A DNA stretch of 56,002 nt, counting the filler, from Candidatus Woesearchaeota archaeon (GTDB lineage Archaea; Nanobdellota; Nanobdellia; Woesearchaeales; GCA-2685855), in the NCBI GenBank assembly GCA_002685855.1. It is 4 parts of 4 records of this genome, joined end to end, with 100 filler letters (N's around TTAATTAATTAA, not from the genome) between each part and the next. Parts side by side here need not be neighbours in the genome. Positions count along the whole stretch, not along the records: positions 41,093 to 48,096 come from NYYS01000061.1; positions 48,197 to 56,002 come from NYYS01000063.1; 2 more parts are not named here. One strand, written 5' to 3'. This document shows, in pieces, positions 45,589 to 55,881 of the stretch. How positions within the stretch are numbered: the first letter of the stretch is position 1; each line of letters begins with the position of its first letter. Position numbers and translations under genes: made by a program. A model generated the notes under the pieces. It was not told the origin of the DNA, did not search any database, and saw only the letters and a program-made list of their open reading frames with translations.

Positions 45589-47865
45589 ATGAAGTATCGA
45601 TCACTTTTGCTCATCAGTTTCCTTTTTCTATCTGTATCCCCTGCCTACGCATTACAATTCAATGAAATGCACTACAATCCCGAAGGGAATGACAATAATA
45701 AAGAATTTGTTGAGATAAAAGGAGCGAACAATCTCTCAGGATATCTCTTTGGAGATCTGAAATCAAACGACACACTTTCCCTTATTCAACATCGTCAGGG
45801 AAATTTTAGCCTGATCGTTGAAGAGGGATTCAACTATTCAAGTATTAACAGTACAGTGTATAGTGTGGGGGCAACTCTCGGAGATAATTTGAACAATCAA
45901 GGAGACACCATCTTTCTTTACAAGAATAACACACCCATCCTCGGCACATCATACAATGCTTCTCTTGCAAATGGAAATGGATACTCCCTTGAATGGAAAA
46001 ATGAAACCTGGATGGAATCCGCAGAAAAAGGAGGTTCTCCCGGAAGAGAGAATCCAGAAAGCAGTAAACCAGAGGAAAACACAAGCGAAAATACAGATAT
46101 CAGCATTGTAACCCTGCTTCCTTCAAGAATTTATTCAGACACAGTCTATGAAAACCTTTTTCGTCTGGAAAACGAGAAGTATGAATCGGGCGGACCCTTG
46201 ATAGATGTTCAAGTTCGCTTCATTCTTTCGAAAGACAGGGATATTCTTGTTCAGGAAACATTCGAAAAGAGTTTTAAACACTATTCCGAATCAGGAACAG
46301 GATCATTACGCGTTAACACCACAGGAAATACCACACTTTGTGGCACCATTATCAACACATCTATTCCTGACGCTAATTCAAGCAACAATATCAGCTGCGC
46401 CAACCTTACAGTCCTCGATAGTAGTTCGATACCCTGTTCCATCTCGATCGATCTCTTTGCAGATTCAGATCAGATAGAGGAAGGGAACTCTTTTAGCTTT
46501 GAAAACATTATTTCTAATACAACCTTTCCCTTTAGTATAGAGTATTGGATTGAAGATCTTCAGGGAAGGATAGAAAAATCAGTTGTTGAAACCTCCAACC
46601 TCTATAAAAAATCATTTACACCCCGTTTTGATGAACAAGATAGGGTCTATAGAATAAAAAATAAACTTGTCCACACAGGATGTAATAATTCTTTAAAAAA
46701 TGCGTCTTCAGAACTCATCTTTTTCTCCTGGAAGAATACCTCTGATGAGATGATGAACTCATCATTTACTATTGAATCAATTACAGGGAATCGCAAATTT
46801 GGAGAGACAATCTTTGTAAAGATTCTCGTCAAAAAAGGGGACACAAGAAAGTCTGCCATCAAAGTATGGATAGATGGCAAAACAAAGGCAAGTCAGATTA
46901 CAACAGCCTATCTCTATGGAAAGAATAAGGAGATCCACATCAAACTTCCCGTGGTGTTGGATGTGTGTGGAGAGAAGGGAAGCTATGATCTGGTGATCGA
47001 AGGTCTCGATCTCCAAAGTAAAAAAAATATTGACCTTGAAGAAAATATCTGCTCGTCAACAAACAGGCAAAAAATCACAACTCCCAAAAGAGATGAAATT
47101 GAATTTCTCAACAGTTCCCTATTTTTTACCGGCAGAACATTTCACATTCCTCTCCTGTTGACAAATAAGGAGGATGAAGAAAAAAGATTTACAATCAGAG
47201 GATATGTCTACAAAGGGAGTCAATCCTATTCAAATAAATCAGAAAATAAGATCTCTCTTTCTGTTCCTGCAAACAGCACAGAAGAGATTGAATTGGAGGG
47301 ATTGTTCACAGAACAGTCAGGCCAGTATCGGTTCATGGTAAAGGTTGAAAAGGAAGGGAGGAAAAGCATCACAAGTTATTCTAAGGAAATACTATTTCTC
47401 TTGCCGAACGCAGAGATTCTTTCTCTCTATAGTCTCGCTCAAAAACCAGGCGAAGTAAAGTTGTTCACTCGTGTTCGTGGTGAGGGGCATCTCACACTGA
47501 AAACCCTGACAGGGAATCAGGAAACAGAACAGGAAATAGCATCAGAAGAGAAGGTTGGAATTCTGGTAAATGCAAGTTCGGGTACACGAACAATGATACT
47601 TTTATATGAAAATGGGGTTGTAACAGATGCAAAGTTGTTTCTCTTTCTTTTTCCTGAACGAGATATTAGCGAGACAACCTCGCTGCTCAGTAAACCCCAA
47701 GAAACCTCAATTAGTCAGACCCCGACAAAAACCCTCCCAACCAGTCACACAATCTATGAAGCAGAGCCAGTTGTTACGCCTCTTTTCTGGATTGTATCTC
47801 CTATTATCCTCTGTATTGCAATCCTCCTCCTGGCAGCAAAGAAAAAATTTTCAGTAACTTTATAA
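45589..47865 (+). CDS. Surface protein with lamin-tail domain and Ig-like domains
   Basis: Signal peptide; FNEM.YNP.G.D...EFVEI, L.N.GD.I.L, GSPG.EN; C-terminal TM + KKK. Confidence 0.85.
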   Translation: MKYRSLLLISFLFLSVSPAYALQFNEMHYNPEGNDNNKEFVEIKGANNLSGYLFGDLKSNDTLSLIQHRQGNFSLIVEEGFNYSSINSTVYSVGATLGDNLNNQGDTIFLYKNNTPILGTSYNASLANGNGYSLEWKNETWMESAEKGGSPGRENPESSKPEENTSENTDISIVTLLPSRIYSDTVYENLFRLENEKYESGGPLIDVQVRFILSKDRDILVQETFEKSFKHYSESGTGSLRVNTTGNTTLCGTIINTSIPDANSSNNISCANLTVLDSSSIPCSISIDLFADSDQIEEGNSFSFENIISNTTFPFSIEYWIEDLQGRIEKSVVETSNLYKKSFTPRFDEQDRVYRIKNKLVHTGCNNSLKNASSELIFFSWKNTSDEMMNSSFTIESITGNRKFGETIFVKILVKKGDTRKSAIKVWIDGKTKASQITTAYLYGKNKEIHIKLPVVLDVCGEKGSYDLVIEGLDLQSKKNIDLEENICSSTNRQKITTPKRDEIEFLNSSLFFTGRTFHIPLLLTNKEDEEKRFTIRGYVYKGSQSYSNKSENKISLSVPANSTEEIELEGLFTEQSGQYRFMVKVEKEGRKSITSYSKEILFLLPNAEILSLYSLAQKPGEVKLFTRVRGEGHLTLKTLTGNQETEQEIASEEKVGILVNASSGTRTMILLYENGVVTDAKLFLFLFPERDISETTSLLSKPQETSISQTPTKTLPTSHTIYEAEPVVTPLFWIVSPIILCIAILLLAAKKKFSVTL

Positions 47866-47887
47866 TCTAAAGCAGTTTCCAGACCTT

Positions 47888-48096
47888 ATGGCAGAGTTTG
47901 AAAAAGGGGCTATTCATGCACGAGTCGTATTCCAGGTGGTTGGCGATCCAAAAGAACACGTGGAAAACTCTTTAAAAAAGTATATTGAAAACCTTAAGAC
48001 CGACAAACGTATTCGAATAATCCAGGAACATTTCGAGCCCAGTGTTGAAAAAGAAAAGCTCTGGCACACCTTTGCTGAACTGGATATTGTTGTGAA
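47888..48096 (+). CDS. Archaeal-type hypothetical protein, 3' truncated
   Basis: ARVVFQVVG.PKEHVE..L, F.EL; runs into the gap. Confidence 0.6.
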
Positions 48097-48196
48097 NNNN
48101 NNNNNNNNNNNNNNNNNNNNNNNNNNNNNNNNNNNNNNNNTTAATTAATTAANNNNNNNNNNNNNNNNNNNNNNNNNNNNNNNNNNNNNNNNNNNN
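48097..48196. other. Artificial contig linker
   Basis: N-TTAATTAATTAA-N. Confidence 0.98.
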
Positions 48197-48371
48197 GAAG
48201 ATTTCACATTCAAAATGCGAAAGGTGTTAAGGTTGCTATTCAGGAAATCGGAGGAGGTCTCTCTGCAACACAAGGAATTACGTTGCCCTATAATGAACTT
48301 CTGTATAACATAGAGTGCACTCTTCCTGCTCAGAATTTTATTGAACAACTACACAAGAGGATGATCTGCAC

Positions 48372-51300
48372 ATGAACAAACTCGTTTTACTTTTTTTGTT
48401 GTTGCTTGTGCTTCCCTTTACTTCTAGCTATGTGCTTATCAATCTTGAAAACAGAAATACGCATCTGCACTGGAACAGTTGGCCAGTAGATTACAAAATC
48501 AATCTGAACAGCTCTGCAGATTTCAATGCAACTGTTGTGAATGACACTATTCACGATGACTTTTTGCGTTGGACAAATATTTCTCCTTCCAATCTTACAG
48601 TAAGCTACCAAGGTGATACTTCTACGGATAGTGCCTCAAACGATGGAGAAAACGCCATCTTTTTTTTAAGCAGTTGGCCTTACAACTCTGGCACCATTGG
48701 CATCACTCTTATTAGCTACAATACTGTTACGGGTGTTATTGTAGATGCAGACATTGCATTTAATGATGCGAACTTTAACTTTGACACCGCCGGGGACTCA
48801 GGAAAAATGGACATACACAGTATCGCAGTACACGAGATTGGACACTTTCTTGGTCTTGATCACAGCAATCTTGGAACAACAAGTCCGTGGGGAGTTGGCA
48901 CAACAGAAGTACCTACAATGTATCCTTTTGCGAGCAACGGACAAACACATGCACGCACACCTGAGCTCGACGACAGAGCAGGTACTATTGGACTGCTTAG
49001 AAATCAAAGTGGTCTCAGCACAGGAACCATTCTTGGAAATGTTCGTCGCAACACTTCAAGCGACTCAGGTATCCAAGGAGCAAGTGTTATTTTATTTAAC
49101 AACAGCATCCCCATGATTGGCACCTTAACAGAGGCAGATGCATTTACAGATGGCGACTTCAACATGACAGGTATTCCACCAGGAAATTATACGCTAGGAG
49201 TTACACCACTTTCTGGAAACGGTGTTACAAAAAGTAATCTTAACGATTGGGATGATTTAGAAACTGATTTTAGCCAGGAATACTATCCAGGTTTCAACCG
49301 CGTAGCGTACGCATCAAATCTTAATATAGGAAACAACACAACCACAGGAATTAATCTCACACAAGCATTTAAGGACAACAATAACATCGCGCCCAACATT
49401 AGTTTGATAGGTCCTGCAAATGCAACCACTGTACAACTTCCTCTTAACTTCACATTTAATGTAACAGATGATCTGCAAACAAGAATCGCTTGCAACATCA
49501 GTATTGGAGGAAACCTTACTGCAATCAATGCAACAAACAACACAGTGATGAACTATACGACCTCAACTGTTTCTGTAGGAAGTCATCTTTGGAATGTAAC
49601 CTGCGTAGATTATTCTGGTAACAGCACTACCTCTGTAACACAAAACTTTACTGCAGATAGCACACCTATTCGTCTTACCATAAACAGTCCTGCAAACAAC
49701 AGCAATACAAGCAATGGAACAATGCTCTTTAACTATACTGTTACAAGTGATAACAATAACAGCTGTAGCATTGAATTAAATGATACAGTTATTGTTACAA
49801 CTGCGCACACAACTGGTGCTAATTTTACCTACAGCCACAATTTGTCAAATTTTTCAAATACGTGGAGTGTTAACTGCTCAGATAATAGTGGAAACACAAC
49901 AAACTCTGGAAATTATAGTTTTGTGTATGACAACCGCACTCCTCAGGTTACTTTGGTTATTCCAGGAACAGTTGTACCGGTGGGAACAAACTTCAACTTT
50001 ACTTTTTATGCAATAGACAACTATGCAGGCGTGCTTAATTGTACGCTCTATGTAAACAAAACAAGCAATGGCACAACGCTTGCAACAAACAACACCAACA
50101 CTACGTTGAACAGAACACTCAGCGATGGTACCTACAACTGGAGTGTGGGATGTAAGGACTCTGTCAACAACACTGCAAATAGCAGCATACAAAACTTCAC
50201 CATAGATGGACTTGCTCCAGGAATTAATCACAACATCAATGCAAACATGACAAGTCAAAATCTGAGTTTAGTTGTACATGTTAATCAGACAGAAAACGGC
50301 ACCTTGTGGTATCGCTTTGACAATGAAAGTAATGCTACTGCTTGTAGTAGTTGCAACAACAGCAATGTAACACTTAATCTCAAAAAATTAGGAAACCACA
50401 CCTTTTATCTGTATGGAAATGACAGCTATGGAAACCTGAACAGCACAAGTGTAAACTTTACTCTTCTCTTAGATACAGATGGAGATGGAAATCCAGACTA
50501 CAACGAAACAGATGCTGATAATGATTCCATTACAGATTCTGGAGAAAAAATTATAGGGATGGCAAGTAATATCAACGGTCTTAGCAACATGACTGTTACT
50601 GTAAATCTTTCAAGCAATCTTTCCCAAAACTTTACAGGTCTGCAAACAATGCTCATCAAAAATGACAACTTTACCTTGATTGAAGTTCCAATTAATTTTT
50701 CTGTCAACGATTCATACGCTGTTCGTCTTGGAGAGCTCTTTGTTGATAACACAAGTAATAGCACACATGGAAGTCTGCTTATTTCAGGCTTAGAACTTCA
50801 AAGTGGAAGAAAAAAAGATGTGCTCTTCAACAAAGTAGGAAGTCAGAACGGAGTGTGCATTGCAGATCGAGAAAATGTTACCTCTCTTTCTCAGATAAGC
50901 ACTGATTGTTCAGGAACAAACGAAACAGCAGTGGTATGTGACAGCACAGTAACAAGCGGGTATACGTGTGATGAGGACACCACCTTTACAGACTATTATC
51001 GCGTTACAGGTGTGCAAAACAGCGGAGTTATTCAGTATTCAGTAAGCACCTCAAGTTCTTCTTCAAGCAGCAGTTCTAGTAGTGGCGGCGGTGGAGGAGG
51101 GGGCGGTGGAGGAGGAGGGGGTGGACTGTTTCCAGCAGACACGACTCCTACAGATTATGACCTCTTAGAAGTGATTGATGCCTTAAACTCTTCCCACACC
51201 CTCACTGAGATGTTACACGGTTTGAAAAAAATAGAATTATTTTTCACGCAAAACACTACAAGTAGTTTCAAAGTAAAAAAACCACAAAGCTTTCCTGGAA

Positions 51301-51764
51301 ACTCAGAAGAAGAGCGACCAGGAATCCACTACAGAAGCTTCCACATCACCGCAGGAACAGAATTAAAAAATAATCTTGACTTTGCTTTGTTCCAGTTTTC
51401 AGTAAACACGAGTTGGAGAGACCAACACAACTTCGAAGAAACAGAAATTATTGTAGTTTTGTGGAACACTGAAGAAAAAGTTTGGGAAGAGATCTCAACA
51501 AATCCTGTATCAAGTTCAGAAACAACAACACAGTATGAAGCAGTCACCTCAAAACTTGGAATTTTTTCCATTGTAGGAACAAATATAAGCATTGAATTAG
51601 AAGTTGAAGGAGATATTGAAACAATTGCCTTAGAAGAAATAGAAGAAGAACTTCCTCTCCCCGAAGAAGTCGAAGAAGGAAGTTCATTGTTAGGTATTAC
51701 ACTTGTTCTTGTTGTTCTACTTGGAGTAGCACTCGTTTTTACAGCTAAAAGAAAAAAGAATTAA
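48372..51764 (+). CDS. Surface-anchored matrixin (M10-like) metalloprotease with Ig-like repeats and PGF-pre-PGF-like domain
   Basis: Signal peptide; HEIGHFLGLDHS and Met-turn TMYP; W.V.C.D..GN repeats; DTDGDG; S/G linker; C-terminal TM + KRKKN. Confidence 0.88.
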   Translation: MNKLVLLFLLLLVLPFTSSYVLINLENRNTHLHWNSWPVDYKINLNSSADFNATVVNDTIHDDFLRWTNISPSNLTVSYQGDTSTDSASNDGENAIFFLSSWPYNSGTIGITLISYNTVTGVIVDADIAFNDANFNFDTAGDSGKMDIHSIAVHEIGHFLGLDHSNLGTTSPWGVGTTEVPTMYPFASNGQTHARTPELDDRAGTIGLLRNQSGLSTGTILGNVRRNTSSDSGIQGASVILFNNSIPMIGTLTEADAFTDGDFNMTGIPPGNYTLGVTPLSGNGVTKSNLNDWDDLETDFSQEYYPGFNRVAYASNLNIGNNTTTGINLTQAFKDNNNIAPNISLIGPANATTVQLPLNFTFNVTDDLQTRIACNISIGGNLTAINATNNTVMNYTTSTVSVGSHLWNVTCVDYSGNSTTSVTQNFTADSTPIRLTINSPANNSNTSNGTMLFNYTVTSDNNNSCSIELNDTVIVTTAHTTGANFTYSHNLSNFSNTWSVNCSDNSGNTTNSGNYSFVYDNRTPQVTLVIPGTVVPVGTNFNFTFYAIDNYAGVLNCTLYVNKTSNGTTLATNNTNTTLNRTLSDGTYNWSVGCKDSVNNTANSSIQNFTIDGLAPGINHNINANMTSQNLSLVVHVNQTENGTLWYRFDNESNATACSSCNNSNVTLNLKKLGNHTFYLYGNDSYGNLNSTSVNFTLLLDTDGDGNPDYNETDADNDSITDSGEKIIGMASNINGLSNMTVTVNLSSNLSQNFTGLQTMLIKNDNFTLIEVPINFSVNDSYAVRLGELFVDNTSNSTHGSLLISGLELQSGRKKDVLFNKVGSQNGVCIADRENVTSLSQISTDCSGTNETAVVCDSTVTSGYTCDEDTTFTDYYRVTGVQNSGVIQYSVSTSSSSSSSSSSSGGGGGGGGGGGGGGLFPADTTPTDYDLLEVIDALNSSHTLTEMLHGLKKIELFFTQNTTSSFKVKKPQSFPGNSEEERPGIHYRSFHITAGTELKNNLDFALFQFSVNTSWRDQHNFEETEIIVVLWNTEEKVWEEISTNPVSSSETTTQYEAVTSKLGIFSIVGTNISIELEVEGDIETIALEEIEEELPLPEEVEEGSSLLGITLVLVVLLGVALVFTAKRKKN

Positions 51765-52189
51765 TCTTCAACATATTTGATACGATTTTTAAAACGTGTT
51801 TTGATAGTTTCTCTGTAATCATTTGCATCCAACACTGAGCGAATACCCTCATGCTTCTTCTCGCCTTTGTAGCGAGGAATAATATGAAAGTGAAAATGGT
51901 TAAAGAACTCTCCTGCTGCTTCTCCCTCATCAGCACCAATGTTCCAACCTGCAATGTCTTCATATTTTTCTCCTATTTTCTCCTTTACCTGTTTCACCAA
52001 ACAGAACATAGGCGCAAGTTCTTCCTCAGCAAGATCCAAGATAGACTCTACATGATTCTTTGGAAAAAGAATAGCATGCCCTTTATTTACAGGAACATCG
52101 TCAAATCTCGCATAAAAGTGATCGTTCTCTGCGATCTTCTGATCATCATCCTCTTTGTGAATATCACAAAAAAAGCATAAAGGTGTCAT
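51761..52189 (-). CDS. HIT family hydrolase
   Basis: CFFC, P...GH....PK.H, HFHFHIIPR. Confidence 0.92.
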   Translation of the reverse strand: MTPLCFFCDIHKEDDDQKIAENDHFYARFDDVPVNKGHAILFPKNHVESILDLAEEELAPMFCLVKQVKEKIGEKYEDIAGWNIGADEGEAAGEFFNHFHFHIIPRYKGEKKHEGIRSVLDANDYRETIKTRFKNRIKYVED

Positions 52190-52293
52190 GGGTCTAGGGT
52201 GGGATAAGGAAGCCTTTAAAACATTTTGGATTTTTTACAACAAAATGGTTGTAGAACGCTTGAGAAGGTCGAATTCTAAAAGTATATAGTGTC

Positions 52294-54348
52294 TCAAGAT
52301 GAGAGAATTTTGCTCTCATGACCCTCTTTTACAACGCGAAGCAGATGGTCTACAAAGCCCTCAACTTTGGACTCATGGCTCACAAGGACTATTTGCTGGG
52401 TGTTCAGCTCTTCTAAGAGATCTCGCACCTTATCAAGCTGCTCTGAAGAAAAGCCATCTGTAGGCTCATCAAGGATCAAAAGATCCTTAGTTTGAATAGT
52501 AGAACAAAAGTCATTTATCACACGATTAAGCGCTAATCGATAGGCCAAAGCAACACTTGTTCGTTCTCCTCCACTCAGATTTAAAAAGGTTGTTTCGTGA
52601 CCGTTTTGCAACACACTTGGCGAAAAAGAATCATCCAAACGCACAGACATAACCGAGTCTTCTATCAATACAGAAAACCAGTTTTGAAAGAGTTGATCAA
52701 ACTCAGTATGGATTTTTAGCAAGACATGCTTCTCAACCACATAGACCAAGTTCATAAACAGCACCTGCAACCAGTTGTCCAACTCCGCTACAAAATCAAG
52801 ATCAGCCTTATTCTTTTTTATTACTTCTACCTTTTTTTCCTTTTCCAACAACTCTTTTTCCAATGCATCACAACGCTCCTTTTCTTCTGTAACCTTTACA
52901 AGCAGAACACGTTCCTGTTGGGTAAGCGTACTTTCTTTTTCTTTTGCCTCAGCAAGTTCTTTTAGAAGAAGTGTTTCTTCTTTCAAAGATTGTTGTATTG
53001 GTGTAAGTTGTTTTTCAAATTCCTCTTTCTCCTTTAAAATCGAAGATTCTCTTTCTTCAATTTGTTCTTTTCTCTTTTTCTTTTGTAGTAGTTCTTCCTG
53101 TTTTGCTTTTTTTGTTAAAAACTCTTTAAGCTTTTCTTCAGCAGCAAACTGTCTTTCCTCAAGATTTAGAAGAATTTCCTCCAATCTCTGCTTTGTCTCT
53201 GATAACCGTTCAAGATTATCATTAATCTTGGTTAACGAAGTATCTTCCTTTGTGCAAATAGCATCTTTGTGATCCTGAGATACAGGCTGTAAACAGGTAG
53301 GACAGCTTGCTATTTCGAGAATACTCTTTTTCACATCTTCAGAAACACCTTTTTTTGTGACAAAAAATGTTGTTTTCTCCTCAACAAGCTTTACTTTTTC
53401 AGAACAGTTCTTTATCTTTTCTCGAATCTTTTTTAGTTCATCTTCGGGTGTTTCCTGAGATGTTTCTTCAAGAACATTGTTTGTTATGAACTCCTGCAAT
53501 CTTTTTTTCTCTTCACCTATAAGTGTTCCTTCCTTTTCAAGTGTGTGAAGTTTGCCAAGTAATTCCTCTTTTTTTATTCTTGTCTCCTTTATGAGATCAC
53601 AAGCCGCTTCTTTTTTTACTCGTTCTTCCTTTTGTTCTTCAACTCTTTTTTGAAGTTCTTCTAACTGTTCTTTGTTTTGTTTATATTGTTCTGCGTACTG
53701 TGTTCTTTGTGATGTTAGTTCTGCGAGTTGAGAAACAATTTCATCCGTGTCCTTTAATCGTTCATTAAGAATAAGCTTTCTTTTACGTACCTCTTTTAAG
53801 TAGATTGCTGTATTTTCTCGTATACGTTTATATTTATCAAGACCAAATACTCTTCTTAGAGTATCCAATCTGTCATCATCTTTCTCTGTCAGAATTTGCA
53901 ACATATCCTCCTGAGGGGTATACACTGTATAGCGAAAGATAAATGATTTATTTTTAGAAACAAGCTCATCAGGATACCCTAATAATTCCAAAACCTTAGC
54001 CTTTAATTCTACAGGAGTCGCATCTATTCGTACTCCATTAATTATAAGAAATCCTGCACTTTGTCTTATCCCTGTTGAAGTTTTCTTTAATACACGCCTA
54101 ATTCTCACTTCCTTCTCCTGAAGTTTAAACACTAATTCCACACTTCCCTCAGTTGTTCCATGGCGGAGAAGACTTCCCCCAGGAAGCTGCTTGCTCAAAA
54201 TGCCAAAAAGAGCAAACTCAACAGCTAAGAGAATCGTGGATTTTCCACTTCCAATATCTCCGCTGAGCAGAACAGAGCCTTCAGGAAAGTCTACCTTCTC
54301 TTCGAGATAGCTCCGAATGTTTTTCAAGGTGAGGGAGAGAAGCTGCAT
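52294..54348 (-). CDS. rad50: Rad50/SbcC-like SMC ATPase
   Basis: NIRSY, GDIGSGKS, Q-loop, CPTC zinc hook, LSGGE, LILDEPT, VSH. Confidence 0.88.
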   Translation of the reverse strand: MQLLSLTLKNIRSYLEEKVDFPEGSVLLSGDIGSGKSTILLAVEFALFGILSKQLPGGSLLRHGTTEGSVELVFKLQEKEVRIRRVLKKTSTGIRQSAGFLIINGVRIDATPVELKAKVLELLGYPDELVSKNKSFIFRYTVYTPQEDMLQILTEKDDDRLDTLRRVFGLDKYKRIRENTAIYLKEVRKRKLILNERLKDTDEIVSQLAELTSQRTQYAEQYKQNKEQLEELQKRVEEQKEERVKKEAACDLIKETRIKKEELLGKLHTLEKEGTLIGEEKKRLQEFITNNVLEETSQETPEDELKKIREKIKNCSEKVKLVEEKTTFFVTKKGVSEDVKKSILEIASCPTCLQPVSQDHKDAICTKEDTSLTKINDNLERLSETKQRLEEILLNLEERQFAAEEKLKEFLTKKAKQEELLQKKKRKEQIEERESSILKEKEEFEKQLTPIQQSLKEETLLLKELAEAKEKESTLTQQERVLLVKVTEEKERCDALEKELLEKEKKVEVIKKNKADLDFVAELDNWLQVLFMNLVYVVEKHVLLKIHTEFDQLFQNWFSVLIEDSVMSVRLDDSFSPSVLQNGHETTFLNLSGGERTSVALAYRLALNRVINDFCSTIQTKDLLILDEPTDGFSSEQLDKVRDLLEELNTQQIVLVSHESKVEGFVDHLLRVVKEGHESKILSS

Positions 54349-54427
54349 ACAATAGTGAAGTTGGATCTGTATTTAAGTCTTACTTTGGGCAAGATTTAAA
54401 AAGAGCGTTCTTCTTCTCCTAGCATAC

Positions 54428-54544
54428 AGCCCCGTGGTGTAGTGGCCAATCATCCAAGCCTTTGGAGCTTGGGACCGCGGTTCGAACAGTTTACGCTTGC
54501 GAAAACGACCGAAAAGCGTGGCTTTGAAAGTCCGCGCGGGGCTA
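54428..54544 (+). tRNA. tRNA-Gln(TTG) with a T-loop intron (54487-54530)
   Basis: AGCCCCG/CGGGGCT acceptor stem; CTTTGGA anticodon loop; TTCGAA|44 nt|TCCGCG. Confidence 0.92.
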
Positions 54545-54551
54545 CTCTTCT

Positions 54552-55277
54552 TTACCCCACTAATATAGAAACACCATACCCAATTCCATAAGCAATCAAA
54601 GCAGCAACTCCGCCCACCAACATGGTTTGAATCCCTGAATACACCCAATTCTTTTCTACAATCTTTGCTTTTACAGAACCCACAATGAACAAGGCAAGAA
54701 AGGTTAGAAGTGCAGATACAAAAAATGTATTGCTCTGCACCAAATCAAAAAAGAACAATCCAATAAAAGGTAGTAATGCAATTAACCCTATCAACAAAAA
54801 GGCAGCAAAGGTAGTTAAAGCAGACTTCCAAGGAATGCGTTTATCTTTAAGCATTCCTAATTCGTCTACCATCATTGTTTCAAGCCACACCTTTTCATCT
54901 TTAGTGATTACTTCTACAACCTGTTCAAGAAGCTTCCCTGAAAATCCTTTTTCTTTGTAGATAACTCGAATTTCCTCTTTTTCTTGTTCTGGAATTGTAT
55001 TGATCTCATGCTTTTCTGTTTCCACAAGCTTTTGATAGTATTCTCTTTCAGACTTTACACTTAGATAGTTACTTACTGCCATAGAAAAACCATCTGCAAG
55101 AAGATTTGCAAACCCTAACATCAACACAATTACTGCGCTGAGTTGTGCTCCTGCAACACCTGCAACAACCGCAAAAGTTGTGATCGCACCATCAATTCCT
55201 CCATATACAAAGTCAGGAAGATAGAGCTTAAAACCGTGTATGTCGTGATGGTGAAATTCCCCAACATGCTTTGTCAT
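54552..55277 (-). CDS. VIT1/CCC1 family Fe/Mn transporter
   Basis: VYGG.DG.ITTFAVVAG, ANL.ADG.SMA...YLS. Confidence 0.93.
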   Translation of the reverse strand: MTKHVGEFHHHDIHGFKLYLPDFVYGGIDGAITTFAVVAGVAGAQLSAVIVLMLGFANLLADGFSMAVSNYLSVKSEREYYQKLVETEKHEINTIPEQEKEEIRVIYKEKGFSGKLLEQVVEVITKDEKVWLETMMVDELGMLKDKRIPWKSALTTFAAFLLIGLIALLPFIGLFFFDLVQSNTFFVSALLTFLALFIVGSVKAKIVEKNWVYSGIQTMLVGGVAALIAYGIGYGVSILVG

Positions 55278-55316
55278 ATTATTCTACGAGAATCCACCTT
55301 ATAAAAATGTATTGGA

Positions 55317-55571
55317 TTAGTCTTTGAGTAAAGGATCTAGTTTTCCATCCTGTTCCAGCGCATTCAGATCATCAAAGCCGCCAATCAACTTGTCGTTGAT
55401 AAAGATTTCAGGAACAGTTCTTCTCTCAGAACGCTCTTCCATCTCTTTTATTTTAACAGGATCGTTGGTAACATCATACTCTGTGTAGCTAACCCCTTTT
55501 CTGTCAAGAAGCTCCTTTGCAGCATGGCAGTATGGACAAAAGTCCTTTGTGTAGATTTCAATTTTGGGCAT
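55317..55571 (-). CDS. grxC: Glutaredoxin 3
   Basis: CPYC, TVP.IFI, IGG.DDL. Confidence 0.92.
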   Translation of the reverse strand: MPKIEIYTKDFCPYCHAAKELLDRKGVSYTEYDVTNDPVKIKEMEERSERRTVPEIFINDKLIGGFDDLNALEQDGKLDPLLKD

Positions 55572-55674
55572 TGTCTTTTTTTGTCCGAAGGAGTATTTAA
55601 ATATGTTGTTTAAACCGAAATATTTCCGGTTTTTTCCCCGATAGACATATAAAGGTTGTTTCTTCAACTAACAT

Positions 55675-55881
55675 ATGGAACTACAGCTTTCAAAAAGAGA
55701 TGTAAAAACACTCAATGCGCTTTCAAAAAGCATGAAGCTTAAGAAAGAAGAGCTTCTTTCTCGAGCGTTACATATTTACATGGACGACGTTATCAACTAT
55801 CAAGCATTAAAAAAAGAGATAAAAGCATGGGATGCTCTCAGTGAAGAAACTCTCCAAAACTTAGAGAAGTCACAACTATGA
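55675..55881 (+). CDS. Putative antitoxin
   Basis: Small ORF overlapping the mazF start (ATGA); W..LS.E. Confidence 0.7.
   Translation: MELQLSKRDVKTLNALSKSMKLKKEELLSRALHIYMDDVINYQALKKEIKAWDALSEETLQNLEKSQL

Noticed and set aside
48197..48375. Possible gene fragment upstream of the metalloprotease
   Set aside because: Two short competing frames at a contig edge; cannot be assigned
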